From Marsupella aquatica (lineage: Eukaryota > Plantae > Marchantiophyta), in the NCBI GenBank assembly GCA_973895155.1, contig OZ316896.1:9869525-9933524 (forward strand): DNA of 64,000 nt. Reading direction: 5' to 3'. The notes under the pieces are model-generated. The model worked only from the letters and a program-made list of their open reading frames with translations, had not been told where the DNA came from and made no database searches. Positions 24,067-36,734 of this stretch are shown in pieces. Both the position numbers and the translations under genes were made by a program. Numbering within the stretch: the first letter of the stretch is position 1; the number at the start of each line of letters is the position of its first letter.

Positions 24067-25824
24067 TTGGCCGGACTTTGTACACAACATACTAGATCCT
24101 AATAATTTCTCCCAAAGTGTCAGTGATTCGGAAGTACTCTGCACAGAGAGATACAACCTGTTTTAGAGCACAACTTTGATGTGCAATTATTTCAGAAATA
24201 GCTGAATAAATTCGAGGTTTCCAAACTAGTCAATCCTCATCAGTCAATAATTGTCTGTTTCAAAAGAGTTGTGTATATACATTCAAGTAAATTGTCTGGT
24301 GGTGTATTGGGGTTGTCCACGAAGTGTCCATTTATATCTATTTAAAGCCTTCGAGAAAGTACTGAGGTTGAAAACCGTGGATGAAGATCCAAAAGGAATA
24401 TATATGAGGGAAGAGGAACCCTTCTTGCTTACGATTTACCGTAGATCGAGTAAGGGAATAAACTAGAAAGTGAAAAACATTCTTGCTAAGGATGAGGGAA
24501 GTGCTAACGCTGACTACTCACCCAGTAGGAAGGAGATTTTGTACGTCTCTTACATGAAGGTGTGTTTTGTGTTAGTTGCATTTTTTCCTCTTAGAATAGA
24601 AGGTACGTCTCTTAGGGAAGGTACGTCTCTTAGAATAGAAGTCTAGGGTTTGATGTTTTAAATCAACTGTAATATTAACCAAATTTAAAACAGAAGTTTA
24701 AGCAGAAAGAGTGTTTCGAACAAAAATGCTTGAACTAAAGTTCATGGAGGCAGCCTCGATCATATTTCAGTCCCTTATATCAGCACGCCCAGTTTCCAAT
24801 TAGGCAAAGACCTTCCTGTTGTGGAGCTACCCTGCAAGAATACTTTAATCGCCACTTGAATACGCAAGATTCAGCATATTCTATGAAGAATATTTATTGC
24901 TGCACGCAACAAGTAATCTACCATCAAACGAGTCAGTTGAACCTTCTCGTACCGACTTCAACGTGTCTTAATTAATCTCCGCAAATGCCTAATCCGGCAT
25001 CGATGTTGGTGCAGTAGCTTCAGCTTCAGCTTCAGCATTTGATTGCATCTTTTGTGACACTTTGATAGCAACAAGTATGATACAAACAAAAAGCATAAAA
25101 ATGCAACCAATTACTCCAAGTAGAAACGACCGTAACGATAGCACGGACATGTCGTAGGTGGATTGGTATCAGGTGATCCAAATTAGCATAGGAATAGACC
25201 CGAGCTTGGAGAAGCATAGTTAATTGATCGGTTTAATTCCAAGTAGGCTCCATGAATGGAATGGAATTTATCTGACTAGATCAACCCTTGCCGCATTGAT
25301 TGCATGTCAGCAACAAGATGTACACAACCGACGTTCAGTATGACTATCGGACCTTTGACAGAGCCTTCGTCCAAGAGTCACGACCGTCTGATCAAAGGTC
25401 ATATAATAGTTGACATATAGATAGCTAGATAGATTGCATCATTAAACGTGGGTAAGATGTTGCAAAGCAAGGATCCACACAATGCTGCAAAGCAAGGATC
25501 CACACACCTGCAAGTTTGTTCAACTAAATCGATGCCCAGTACATTCGTAAGACTAAATTATTCAGGGTCAAATTAGGATTGAGGATGCAATAGTCTTCAA
25601 TGAACTCTTTAACATGTCAAAATTACTGGAAGTGACCAGTTGTTGAGGTTGGCAGTGATTCAAGACAACTACAATTTTTGATTGCAGCAGTCGGGAGTGA
25701 GATCGACTTGATATCCAAGCGATGACACCGTTCCACACGCAAACAAACAAAGGTTGTACATTCGGCGAATCAGTAGAATATAGCAGTGCTAACAGAATTC
25801 TCTCTCTAGAGACACGAATCAGCA

Positions 25825-28800
25825 ATGGAGAGTACAATGGAAGTACCGTTCTATCCGCAGCCTGGCGACATCATCCTCCTCCAAAGTCCAGTTATGTACG
25901 TAGATGGCACCTTTGGGCCCCTTGTCAAGATATACAAAGACAACTTCTTTTTTGCAGCCGGCAATAGCTTCATGATGGACAGGCCCCAAAAGCACATTTT
26001 TAAGAGAGGGGAGAGAATTTTACGATTGTTCAAACTTTATCAAAACTGGGAATTTATCTCCTGCAAAAATCACAAACTATATATTTACTACCCTGGATTT
26101 GACAAGGAAAAATCCTGGCATCTTGTTAATACAATTGGCAATAAAGACCATCTCAAAACCCCATCTCACCCTCCCAGTCTTCCGCCAATAAACCATTTCA
26201 CGCACATACCTCCCTCCAAACTGTTCTCCTCACTGCCCAAAGATGTATTCTCTCCTCGGCTACGAGATCTCATCATCCACGTCCTTCCTGTCCAAGAGGA
26301 TAAACCCTCTACACAAAAGTGTGCAAATTGCAAGAAAAGGGAGCATGATGCTTTGTATTGGAGTAAGGATGCCAACAATCCGGTCTCGATTTCTCCTGTG
26401 AGAGGTCCAGAACCAGTAGGCGAAGGTTGCTATAACTGTAGAGTGCCTGGGAGTAACTCAAAATCGAAGCCTGGTGTGATGCCGTGGGCCAACCGGTGGG
26501 AGCTAGAGTATTGGAGCGAGAAGTTTCAACCGCAAGCAGGAGATGTACTTGTACGGTGCGATATCGACACACAGTACAAGGGTCAATTTAAAAAATCCCA
26601 CCTCCAAGTTGAACTATTTATTTATGTTGCCGCAGAGAAAACCTGGAAATATTTGGGCATGGATGTTGCACAGTTCGGACCACTTGTCCAGATCCACGAT
26701 ATCGTGTATCGCCCCCAGGTAAGAGAAAACCGGATTCCCCGCATGCGCAACATCCAGCATATATCATTCGCTTTGTCCAGTAAATCAGGGTTCACTACCT
26801 GGAGATACCTAATTCATGAATTGATTGAGTAAATAAATCATCGTCAAATATACTAAATTTATTGAACTAATAAGAAGCCTGCTGGTCAACATATACAATT
26901 AAGGCATTTCTGTCTGCCGCTCATCACTAGGTCTCCTTGTCCCTTCGTTCCCCATCTCTATAGCTCCCCTGGCAGGCTGGTCCCTCCTACATCCAACATC
27001 ACCTTTTAAGGTTGCGAGTAACTTTTCCCAAAATGATCGATTTCTGTTAACGAGTCGACTTCCTGAGTGAGGTTCAACATCAGCACTTTAAAGGGGTGTG
27101 TGTGGGTTTCTAGGGGCCGAGGGAGGGATTTAGGGAAAAGTGAACAAATTGGTTTTCTTGTCACTGAAAAGATTTTAGTTTTGATCAGACGAGACAGTTC
27201 GTTCCATAGCTACTGACAGGACTTTCACAAGTCACTTGTTAAGTTCGATCTTCGTAAACCCATCATGCAGATCTGCTCCTACGTAAACCAAATCGGTGAC
27301 AACGCGGAAGAGTTTTGGAGTAATAATAAATTGAAAGAACTCATGTATTAGCGCAATATGTAAATGATGCTCAATACACATGTTTGACGCAGCCAGGAGA
27401 CATACTCATCAGCAAGAGTCAGAAGTGGTCTGTAAGTTGGAACCCTTATCGGCATTCAGGTGGTTGGACAATGTTCTACAAAGATTTGGATCATTTCGGA
27501 GACACTAACGGCGGACAAAATTTGTGGCAACCTGATGGTGACGGAAAGAAAGCCAGGAAAGAGAAGACGCCCACCGACTGTTGGGTGGTGAGATTGGGAT
27601 TTTTTGACGAGTACTGGGACTACCACCTCAATGATCGAGCTGATATCTTCGCCATGCACCCGAATGGAGAAACGATGCTCCTTCACTATTCTACAGGTAC
27701 ATAATGCTCTTTAGTCCACGAGCATGAAATTTAGAATAAGTACGTGCAGTTCATGAAATTAAGATCATATCTCGGATCATCTTCATCGAGTGAGAAATTA
27801 CCAGCACAATGAAAACAGGTTTGCCACATTAATCCATTGATGTACTTTTATGAGCTGTGTTGGATATGTGATCTTTACAACATGAAGCTCTACCTTCTTT
27901 CGTGTGCACTTGCTCTGTTTAATATGAAATTTGTTGCAGCAATTTTAATATTTTATCTAACCTCTTCCCTAGTGCTGCAACTGATTGATTTCCTGCTTTG
28001 CATAGATTATCCATATGTGGGTCAGCCCCCTCACTACATATATGAGATTGACAAAAAGGATCCTTTGTTGATGGAAGAAGTTGAGGTATGAGGCTTCCCC
28101 TTTTCTTATATCAAATGACACATTAATTAGAGTCTAGACTGACAACTGAAGCGAAAGTTCTAAAAGAACTCTTATAGCTCTAAGGCTGTCCGACACAACT
28201 CGATGAAGTCAACAAGACTAGTGTACAGATGTTCAGAGAAAATAGTTTTTGTAGTTTGAAAATACCTGAGGCCAACACGAAGAAAGTCTTAAAAAGTAGT
28301 GACATGCAGAAAAGTATTTAACAGTGTTTTGGACAGTGTTCTGGCATTTTGGACAATGTGGGATGCCATGGTGGCTTCTTTCTGGGAAATTCCTATCAAA
28401 TTTTGCAAGTCAAGCCTTATCCGGATACTTACTTAATCTGAATACCATGCTCCCATGGACTGGGGCTACAAAGCACCTAGCCTGGATGGACTAATTAAGA
28501 AGAATGATTCTGTATTTATGACATTGTGAGTGAAACGAGGTCAATCTTCCGTGCAAAAATCTATCGGAGCACTCAGGCAAACCTAGATGTCCATCACACT
28601 CAATCCACACTCGAATCTACAAAGGAGAAGTCTGGTTGAGCTTACTTTGTTGCTAGCCTGAATGCCTGAGCTTTGTTGGTAAATAGATGGCGAGTCGTGA
28701 GTACCATGGAGCTCGTCTGTTCAATCCCAACTGTAGCTCTGCCCCAGAGTCTAGGGGGCTTCACTCTAGGACAGGCCCTTGATAATCGCCTCTATTAGAT

Positions 28801-29510
28801 AGATTACTCTTTATTTTTTGTCTCAAAGTATGACTGGGATAATTCCTCAGGTGGAGCCAAATCACTGGGACCTTGTTGTCCGTCGAGTTGAAAGCATTCA
28901 TGAAGATCTACTGAAAACACGAGATTGGAAACCTGACCCACATCACTGGATGAGAGACCCAACACTGTGGGGCAGAGACGTCCCTCCGCGCTTTGACAAA
29001 GAGGTGGAATTGCTCACTTACTGGTCAGGTTTCGTATTTGAAGACAAGGATTTATTGCTCCGTGCAGGATTTGCCATCCTCGATGAAAATGAGATCCGAG
29101 AGTTCAACGAGGACTTCTTTGTCCCCGATTCTCCTGAACAAGAAAAGTCTGCCGGAGCTTTCGGTCCGCCAAATCCAATTTTCCCACCCTTCCACACGAA
29201 CGCTTCTGTGGAGCTCTATCAAGTGAGAGTCGAGGAAGAGGAGCCCCCAAAATTTTTGTTCTTTGGGAGAGAGCAGTTTTCCTTTCCAGACGAGAGCGCG
29301 GAAACAAACATTGTCTGCGTTGAGGATGATCCTCCGGCAGCAGAGAAACCAAAGAAGAAGGCCGTGGCGGTCAAAGATGGAGAAGGTGGGGACACGAGTA
29401 AGGGCAAGAAGGTCAAAGAAGGTGTGGCGGATGGAAAGCCTCATTCTCATACTGAAGTTACTGTGGGAAAAGCAGGAGAGAGCGCAAAGCTGAGGCAACC
29501 AAAACTCTGA
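25825..29510 (+). CDS. Hypothetical protein, ~645 aa, 4 exons: 25825-26718, 27393-27696, 28006-28085, 28851-29510
   Basis: Phase-compatible GT-AG junctions; the first splice (CAG|GTAAGA to TTTGACGCAG|) rebuilds a third copy of the internal PQPGDI motif. Confidence 0.7.
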
Positions 29511-32500
29511 AGCTGAGTGGTGGCAATAAAGTTGCTCTGCCCTAGAAGCTCTAAAATAATATCCCCCCTAAGTTGCTTGGTGCCAAGAAAAACATGTCAC
29601 ATTCGTTTTTGCACGATGCTCTCCCACAATTTTCACTCTTGCTGCATAGGCGAAACAGTTGTACATTACGATGTCACTGTGCTTGTCTGAAGCAAAAGAA
29701 ATAAAAGAAACTTACTGTCCTTTCGTATCTCCGGACAATTTCTCCGACAAATGTGTACGTTGCGATCTGATTCCGATTGTCTCAAGAATATTAAATCAAT
29801 CACTCTTCATGACATTCTATGGAGTGACAGTTTCTCCGAAATATGTTAGACAGTACACTACGAAGAAGGTATGAAAATGCTGTCCTCTCAAATCTCCGGA
29901 GTCCGGACCGTTTCTCTTCACTGTGTTCTCACCTCGCGCGGCGACCTTATTCTGTGGATCGACATCACCATCTGCGTCCTTCACTCCTTCAATTATTCGC
30001 TGAGTTCCTGCTGCGGATTGCAATACAAAGGTGGGCGAATTGTCCATACTGTACAGTCATGACACGGGCATTCAGGACTTACGAAGTGGAGCAAATCAAG
30101 TAAATAATGATGGAGTTAGTGCGACCTTTGCATCCGACTGGGAATCCGAAAATCCGGGATTCTCGGATAGTGTCGTCAATTGTTCAGACAAACTAACCAA
30201 AGCAAACCACTAGATCCCTCAAAAATTTGTCCGACAAGGCATCGACAAGAGTTGGTCACGTGGTTGCACACGACTAAGCGACCCTCCCGTATCCTTCTGG
30301 TAATTGTGATCAAAATGTGACACTATAGTGAGCTTTTGTTGTGTCACTCTGTACCATAAATCCAGTTATTATTTTAGTGGTTTTATATATGACCAAGCAA
30401 TCTAAGTTATGCTACCTGGCAATTGCATGTTGGAGATGCACGAAAGGTCCCCATTTGTTTCACTAAGTAGATATCACACCAAAGAATTTAAGTCTGCACT
30501 GAACTGTTTTGGTCACCCAACAAAATATTGCCCTCTACTGAAAAGTAACATTATTCTACACAGTTGGTGGTGCCCAAATGAAGCACTAGTGGCCTGTGTA
30601 GAGGGGGCGGACCAGTTTGTGTTTTGGTGGCAAACATTTGCCAAATTACACCTCCCTAAATTTTGTTTGCCACTTTTGGCAAAAATCTGCTACTATTTTT
30701 CTGTCTCATTAGCCAGTGTTCCACCTAATCACACCTAATCACAGGTGAGCCTTAAATCTAGGGAGATCTGATGGTCAAGAAATGATAGAATAGGGAATCT
30801 TTTGAGCATTCTTCTTCTCACACTTTACATTTGGCCAAAAAGTAAAATCCTTAAAACATACGCTGGGGAGTACCCTGCATTGACTACTACCTTCTTACGC
30901 CTTGTAAGCACTTCCAGCTAGTCATTTAATTCATTGTTAGTGTTTGTGGCCAAAACTGCTGACATGGCACAGCCATAGGCGACGAATTTTAGAATTGACT
31001 AGTCATGGGGTCCATAATTAGGTATTTGGGGTTGGATAAATCCGTCTTTGAACCATAGCCTCTGAGTATGGACAATTGCTCCAGTCTGCCTCTTTGGAGA
31101 TACCGAGGGAGTAGATGATATCCTAGAGGCCAATAGGTGGAGATACTGAGGCCATAGGCTGATCCACTCCAAGTTTTGGTTGCAAAGATTCTGGAGTGCA
31201 AACACAGTGATTCATGAAAGACGTCCTCTGAAGATATGTTATCGAGGCAGGTTGATGAGATGCAGAATGTTCAAGCTTGAATGGGTTTCTCGATTCGGTT
31301 TGCTGCGAGCGAGTTGAGCAGGGAAGCTCGCGAAGGAAGGCCCCTGGCTGACGTTGGCAATTGGTGTGAAATTTTCGGTGGACTAATTTCAGGGTGGTGG
31401 AGTGTGAGTGGACATGTTAGAGGAGCGAGTGGAACGAAATCATGCAGTATCGGGAGGCCCTCGTGGTTTTTTAGTGATATTATTTAGCATGCTTGGGTCC
31501 CTCCATGGTGACGACAGAGCCTCAGAATTCTTACGAACGATAGAGGGTGAAGTGAGAAAAATTGCACTAGCAGCAGAAGACAACTATGCCAATACTTGCG
31601 GTACGTGATTGATTCTCGATATTCTCGATTGTGATTCAACGCACCCTCGAACGCACCTAGCTCGAAAGTTTGTTTAAGTTAGCGACTTCCTTGTTGGTGG
31701 TATCTTGTCAGCCTTGACTTAATTGCCAGATCCAGAATCAATCAGAGCTGACTATATGGAGCTGCTAATGACATCAGGGGTAACTGATGACCGTCTTCCA
31801 CTGCTTTTACAGAACTCGTGAGTACATGCCTCTCACCGCAGAATTGTTCAAGATTGGAATGCTATCCGCTTGACCATCAGAGCAGCGAGACAACATGTGT
31901 ATCCACTAACTACAACGAGGTCTGTAACATGACAGGAGCACCTTGCAACAACACTATCCAGGCCAATTTCCTTAGGGGATATGTCAGGTGAGATTCTCAC
32001 ACTAACTAAGAGGAGCAAATCGACGCTTGAATTGGTGAGCGCATCGGTATTCGACGTTTCAATCTATGTTGAGTAATTCCCAACGCATGGTCACAGCTTG
32101 CAAATCCAATCAGGTGCATTGTTTAGATTGTGAACCCAGTGAGAGTGTCTTCCAGAAAGCAATTTCGCAGGCGCTGAAATTAAACTACCCGCTCCAAATA
32201 TATGCATGTCTACAGGACTCCGCCGCTTGGCTTGTCAGCGCAAGATCGAGAAATAAACTTAGGAAGCACGATCTGTACCCAACGAAATCTTGACCACAAA
32301 TTCGTCAGCGTGACTAAAACGTTAAATATTACCACCAGTGTTACTTACTTCTACAATCTCTTTTTCGGTGCCGTCGACGGTTCATTTCGCTACTATCCTG
32401 GAAGAGTAAGCATTCTTAATTTTTCCCGGTACGTAGTCAGTAGAGTCTTACGTAATTGTAAGAAAGTCTTGAGGATGTAAGCTGTCGACACGGATGTTGC

Positions 32501-35500
32501 ATTGTTGTGTCTTGATGTATCCGGCCTGATCGACTGCTCATTGCTTTGTCAGGAACTTCTCAACGCTGATTGTGGCACGTATGACCCTCGACGACGAGCA
32601 TGGTATTCAAGTCTGAACCTTCAAATTGCTTATCTACTTCGAATGTATGTGTTAATGCTCTTGAGAAGAGTCTAATGTAGCCCTGTTAAATTCCGTTATA
32701 GAAACGATCTGGTTAGTTGTTTTTACTTGAACTTGTACGAGAGAGCTCGATGTCAGGGCTTACATCCTTTCGTGCACTATGCAGGTACATTGGAGCTATA
32801 TCCATTCTCAAAGATGTGGTTGTGCTAATTGATACCGGGACCTCTATGCAACAAAATGTTAATTTTCTGGATCCCACGATGTCATTGCTTAAAACGACCA
32901 CATCTATGATAGGGTCGTTTGTGTACACTCCCGCGCCAGGAGACAGAGTTACAGTACTTCCCGTCAACGGGTCAGGTAGTGATCGAGGACAGAGCACAAA
33001 TTATCAGGTAATTCATGAATTTATACACTCGTTCGAACTGTTTCCCTTTGCAATAAGTTGCTTATCTTGATGCGATCCTGATTCGTATACAAAAATTTGA
33101 AAGCCGTGTGCACCTGGAACCCGAGCGTTTAACATAACAATTGCTTGCCACTTGGTTCCTATGCATTTTCCAGTATAATGTCCCAGCCAACCAACCCCTG
33201 GATCCCACGACCCATGATTTCAATGGACTACTCTCATATATAACGATTCAACGTTCTCTGGAACCGGAGCGAATGGCAATGGGGCACCAACCAACTTCAC
33301 AGACGGATTCCTCAAGGCTAATTCGACCTTCAGCAGCTCTGATTCATCCACTAATTCCATGAAGGTGCAGAGCTTACACTCATGGTGTGGATTGGTGAAA
33401 CAAAATTTCTGCCTCTGTCAATCCTTTTGATACCATATGTTTATAAGAGGTCATTTGTGAGATGATTTAGTGCGCTCTGCTTGCAAGCTAATTGATCTAC
33501 TTTCGTTTTAAGAATTAGAAACCTGCCCATTCTCCTACGTGCAGATTGTAATTCTCATCACGAATAGCCAGGGCAATAACATTCCCCACAACGGCGATCT
33601 CTCTGCAGCGGACGCGTTCAATAACTTAGTGTCGCAGTTGTTCGTATACGACTTGAGTCCTGGTGCAGCTTCTTGGGGCACATATGCTTGTCTAGACGGG
33701 GAAATGAAGAGCTTCTTTTCTGTCAATCCTCTGGTCTTCATGAGTTCATATTTCAACTTTCTGGCTAGCGCCCGTGTTGCAGCGAATAATAACCAACCCT
33801 GGCACCAGCCTCACAAAGCTGCCAGTGAGCTTGGGCAGGTCATCACGGTCGGGTATCCTGGTATGCTCCAAATTGAAAATCTCTCGAAACAAATGTCCAT
33901 TCTTTTCTGAACTTTGAAGTACCTCATTTTTGAGAGCCTCCTTTCAAAGAGTGGCGAAATTAAGGACATCTGGCGCTTTTCATCCTCTCGTAGTAACGGT
34001 TTGTAACTTGATTGAACTTTTCAGCAATTTCTTCCGACGGACAGTTGATTGAGGTGGCTGGAATCGATGTTCAGATGGCTGGACTTGCGAGTGATCCGCT
34101 TCTCAAATCAGGCGTTATAACTACTCTGGGCAACAGTGCTTCTATCCGCATTTCTCAGAATCCGATTGCAGGAAATATTGCCATCTGCCAGACGGTTAGC
34201 CTTCGTCTCCCTCTGCTTGCAAGCTTTGTCTAAGTATGACTCCTTGCTAGAGCCCCCACCGGCCCCTCCACACCACCCCACCACGTTCTTCTCTTCACCG
34301 TCCCTTTTGTTTTGAATTGGTGATATCCTTGCTCGAATAGAATTCTTCAATGTATTTGTATTGTTGGTGTCATCGGTCATGCGTCTAATCTCATTCTCAT
34401 GTACTCCTTCGTTCACAATTAATTTCTTACTGTTTGGTGATGCGACTTGCAGTTTTCATTGGAGGAGTTTTAACTCAATCCATAGCTGGCATCTATATTT
34501 GCCAACTTAAGTGAATTACTGGGTGAACTTCGTGCATGTCTGGTCTGATTGTCTGATTGCGCTAGTCAACCTTAAAACTTCATTCATCACTAAAGTTTTC
34601 AACATCAGTGAGTAGGAGATGAATCTGAAGAGCATTCAAGGTCGAAACAGTAGGTGCGAGGCGGGAATGCTCGAATTCAAACTCTTCAACTTTGAAACTT
34701 GGAGGTTGCTTTCAGAACTACAATTTTTTCCTCTAGCTCGAGAGAAGCACGTGCATGAGCAAGCCTTGCGATTCTGTGCTCTGGCCAATAATGTCTAGGT
34801 CTGCCTTGCAAGATGGGTGCGCAGAGTAGTACTTAGCTAGGTCATCTAGCCATTTCCAACCAGAAACTAGTGTTTGGGTGCGTTCTTGGACATGCTGAAT
34901 TTTGCAGTTGATATCGTCCAATTAGTCTTCAGGCGAAACCCTCTTACTTTGATTGAAGCCAAGTAGGTACAAACTACAAACATTGCAGGGATGAGGTTAG
35001 CTTTAGCTCTCCCTGGTCCTCCCTGGTCTATGGACCTCAACGACCAGTATCTGCTGTTCCTGCCCCCCCACCAAAATCCTTGCGCTTGCGTTTGTCGTGG
35101 TTCTGTTAGAATCGAAACTTGCCTCTTTCACTCTCTACCCTTTGCCCTCCCGGCACTCGTGTACGTTCACGTCCTTGCGATCATAAACCACGAGATAAAG
35201 GATGATTTCAATATCCCCGGGAGCGCATGGAATTTTAGTGCTTTGTATTTTCTTGTGGGAAGAGCCTATGATGGTTGATAGTGAAGGTCCAATTTAACAC
35301 GGGACTGGTTGGCTCGTTGTTTCTACCATTGAGCCAGCTTGAATGGAGGTGATCGTCAGTTCTGCATTCTGTGAAGATGGGCTAAAGATACTGCGTTGGT
35401 TGGTTTGCCTGCAGGCATATAAGAGCAATTGTTCGGGCGTTACTCTAGGAAGTACTGCGTCGCTCTGCAATTCGACGCCGGCCGCATCAGACGAGCAATT

Positions 35501-36311
35501 GAAAGCATTGATATGCTGTCAGTCTTGCCTTGGGGATTCAAGTAATCACCTTTCCATAGTGGTGGGTGTAGTGGTGGGTGTAGCGGTCGGGCTGCTTGTG
35601 CTGGCGGTGTTGATTTTCCTACGAAGAAGGTTGAAGCGAAGACCGGTCGGAAGCATAAGGAAAAGGCTCGCCTTAAATGATTATTCTTATGATGCGCTCT
35701 GGAAGGCCACAAATGGTTTTTGCAAAGATGAACATCATTGGTAAAGGAGCCTTTGGGGTAGTATACAAAGCGGTTCTTGCAAATGAAATGGTGGCGGTGA
35801 AGCAGTTGTCTAAACCAGCAGATCGAGCCGAAGATTTCGAGGCTGAGACTAAGATCCTTGGCCTTACGAGTCATTCCAACCTGGTTGAGCTGAAAGGGAC
35901 CTGTTTCCAGCCCACTGAGTGCTTTTTGGTGTACGAGTTGGTCGACAGCGGTGATCTGCATAGCTGGCTTTGGCCAGCAGAAAACAAAAGTGATGCACGT
36001 GAGAGTGACAGTGAATGTTGGAGTCAGCGATTTCTGAGTTGGAATAAGCGGAGAAAATCTGCCAGGGGAGTCGCCAGAGGACTGAATTATCTGCACCGTG
36101 GCTTGCAACCCAACGGGGCGGTTTTTCATCTGGACATAAAACCCCGCAATATTCTCGTGGAGTACAACTTCAATCCCAAGATAGCGGACTTTGGCACTTC
36201 GCAGCTCTACGAGCCAGGTTACACAGTCGAGGCAGCGTCCGTGGTTTGTGGGACGTTTGGGTACATTTCTCCCGAGGTCCTTCAAGGTCGAATCAAACCG
36301 AACTCCAAACT

Positions 36312-36636
36312 TGTGAAAGTTTACCTTTCTGTTTCGGTGCTCGTCAAATCGTGTCTATCCGTTCCAGGTGTCGGTTAGTCTACATTTACATACAGTAGTA
36401 TCAGGCTTACTGTAAGCCACATTGCTTTCGTCGTTTTCTGTGCCACATGGCTTCCGCGGGACAACGGTGTGATAAGGACTGAGGTCCATCCCCGCGCCAC
36501 TATGTACTCTGGCTCTCGCCCTCTTTTGAGGCATAATGAAATCTGCACTCCAGGAAGTTTTCAAAATCGTGTTCGATGGCTTTGAGTGTTTTTTTCCTGT
36601 CTCGTGTTCAAGCTCTGCGCATCTAACGAGTCGACA
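36312..36636 (+). repeat. Copia 5' LTR
   Basis: TGTGAAAG...GTCGACA; one mismatch to the 3' LTR seen by eye. Confidence 0.96.
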
Positions 36637-36648
36637 GGTTATGGGCCT
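36637..36648 (+). other. PBS of the half-tRNAi-Met type
   Basis: GGTTATGGGCCT directly after the LTR, like the GGTTATGGGCCC site of Drosophila copia. Confidence 0.8.
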
Positions 36649-36734
36649 TAATTCTATAGACTGCGCTTGCACTACACTCTGACTGAGATACTCAGCTCCG
36701 TTCTTTCTTTATACAGATTTTCGTCAATTTTACC

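Noticed and set aside
24540-25510. Short duplications (GTACGTCTCTTA x3; TGCAAAGCAAGGATCCACAC x2)
   Set aside because: They are ordinary local duplications with no further structure.
25825-26832. Stand-alone intronless 335-aa gene
   Set aside because: A strong donor at 26719 and the rebuilt PQPGD motif favour a spliced 4-exon gene.
29650-31250. Possible small TE remnants and short ORFs
   Set aside because: I could not find TIRs, TSDs or protein motifs to support a call.
35440-36285. 281-aa minus-strand ORF
   Set aside because: It is the antisense shadow of the kinase exon and has no recognisable motifs.
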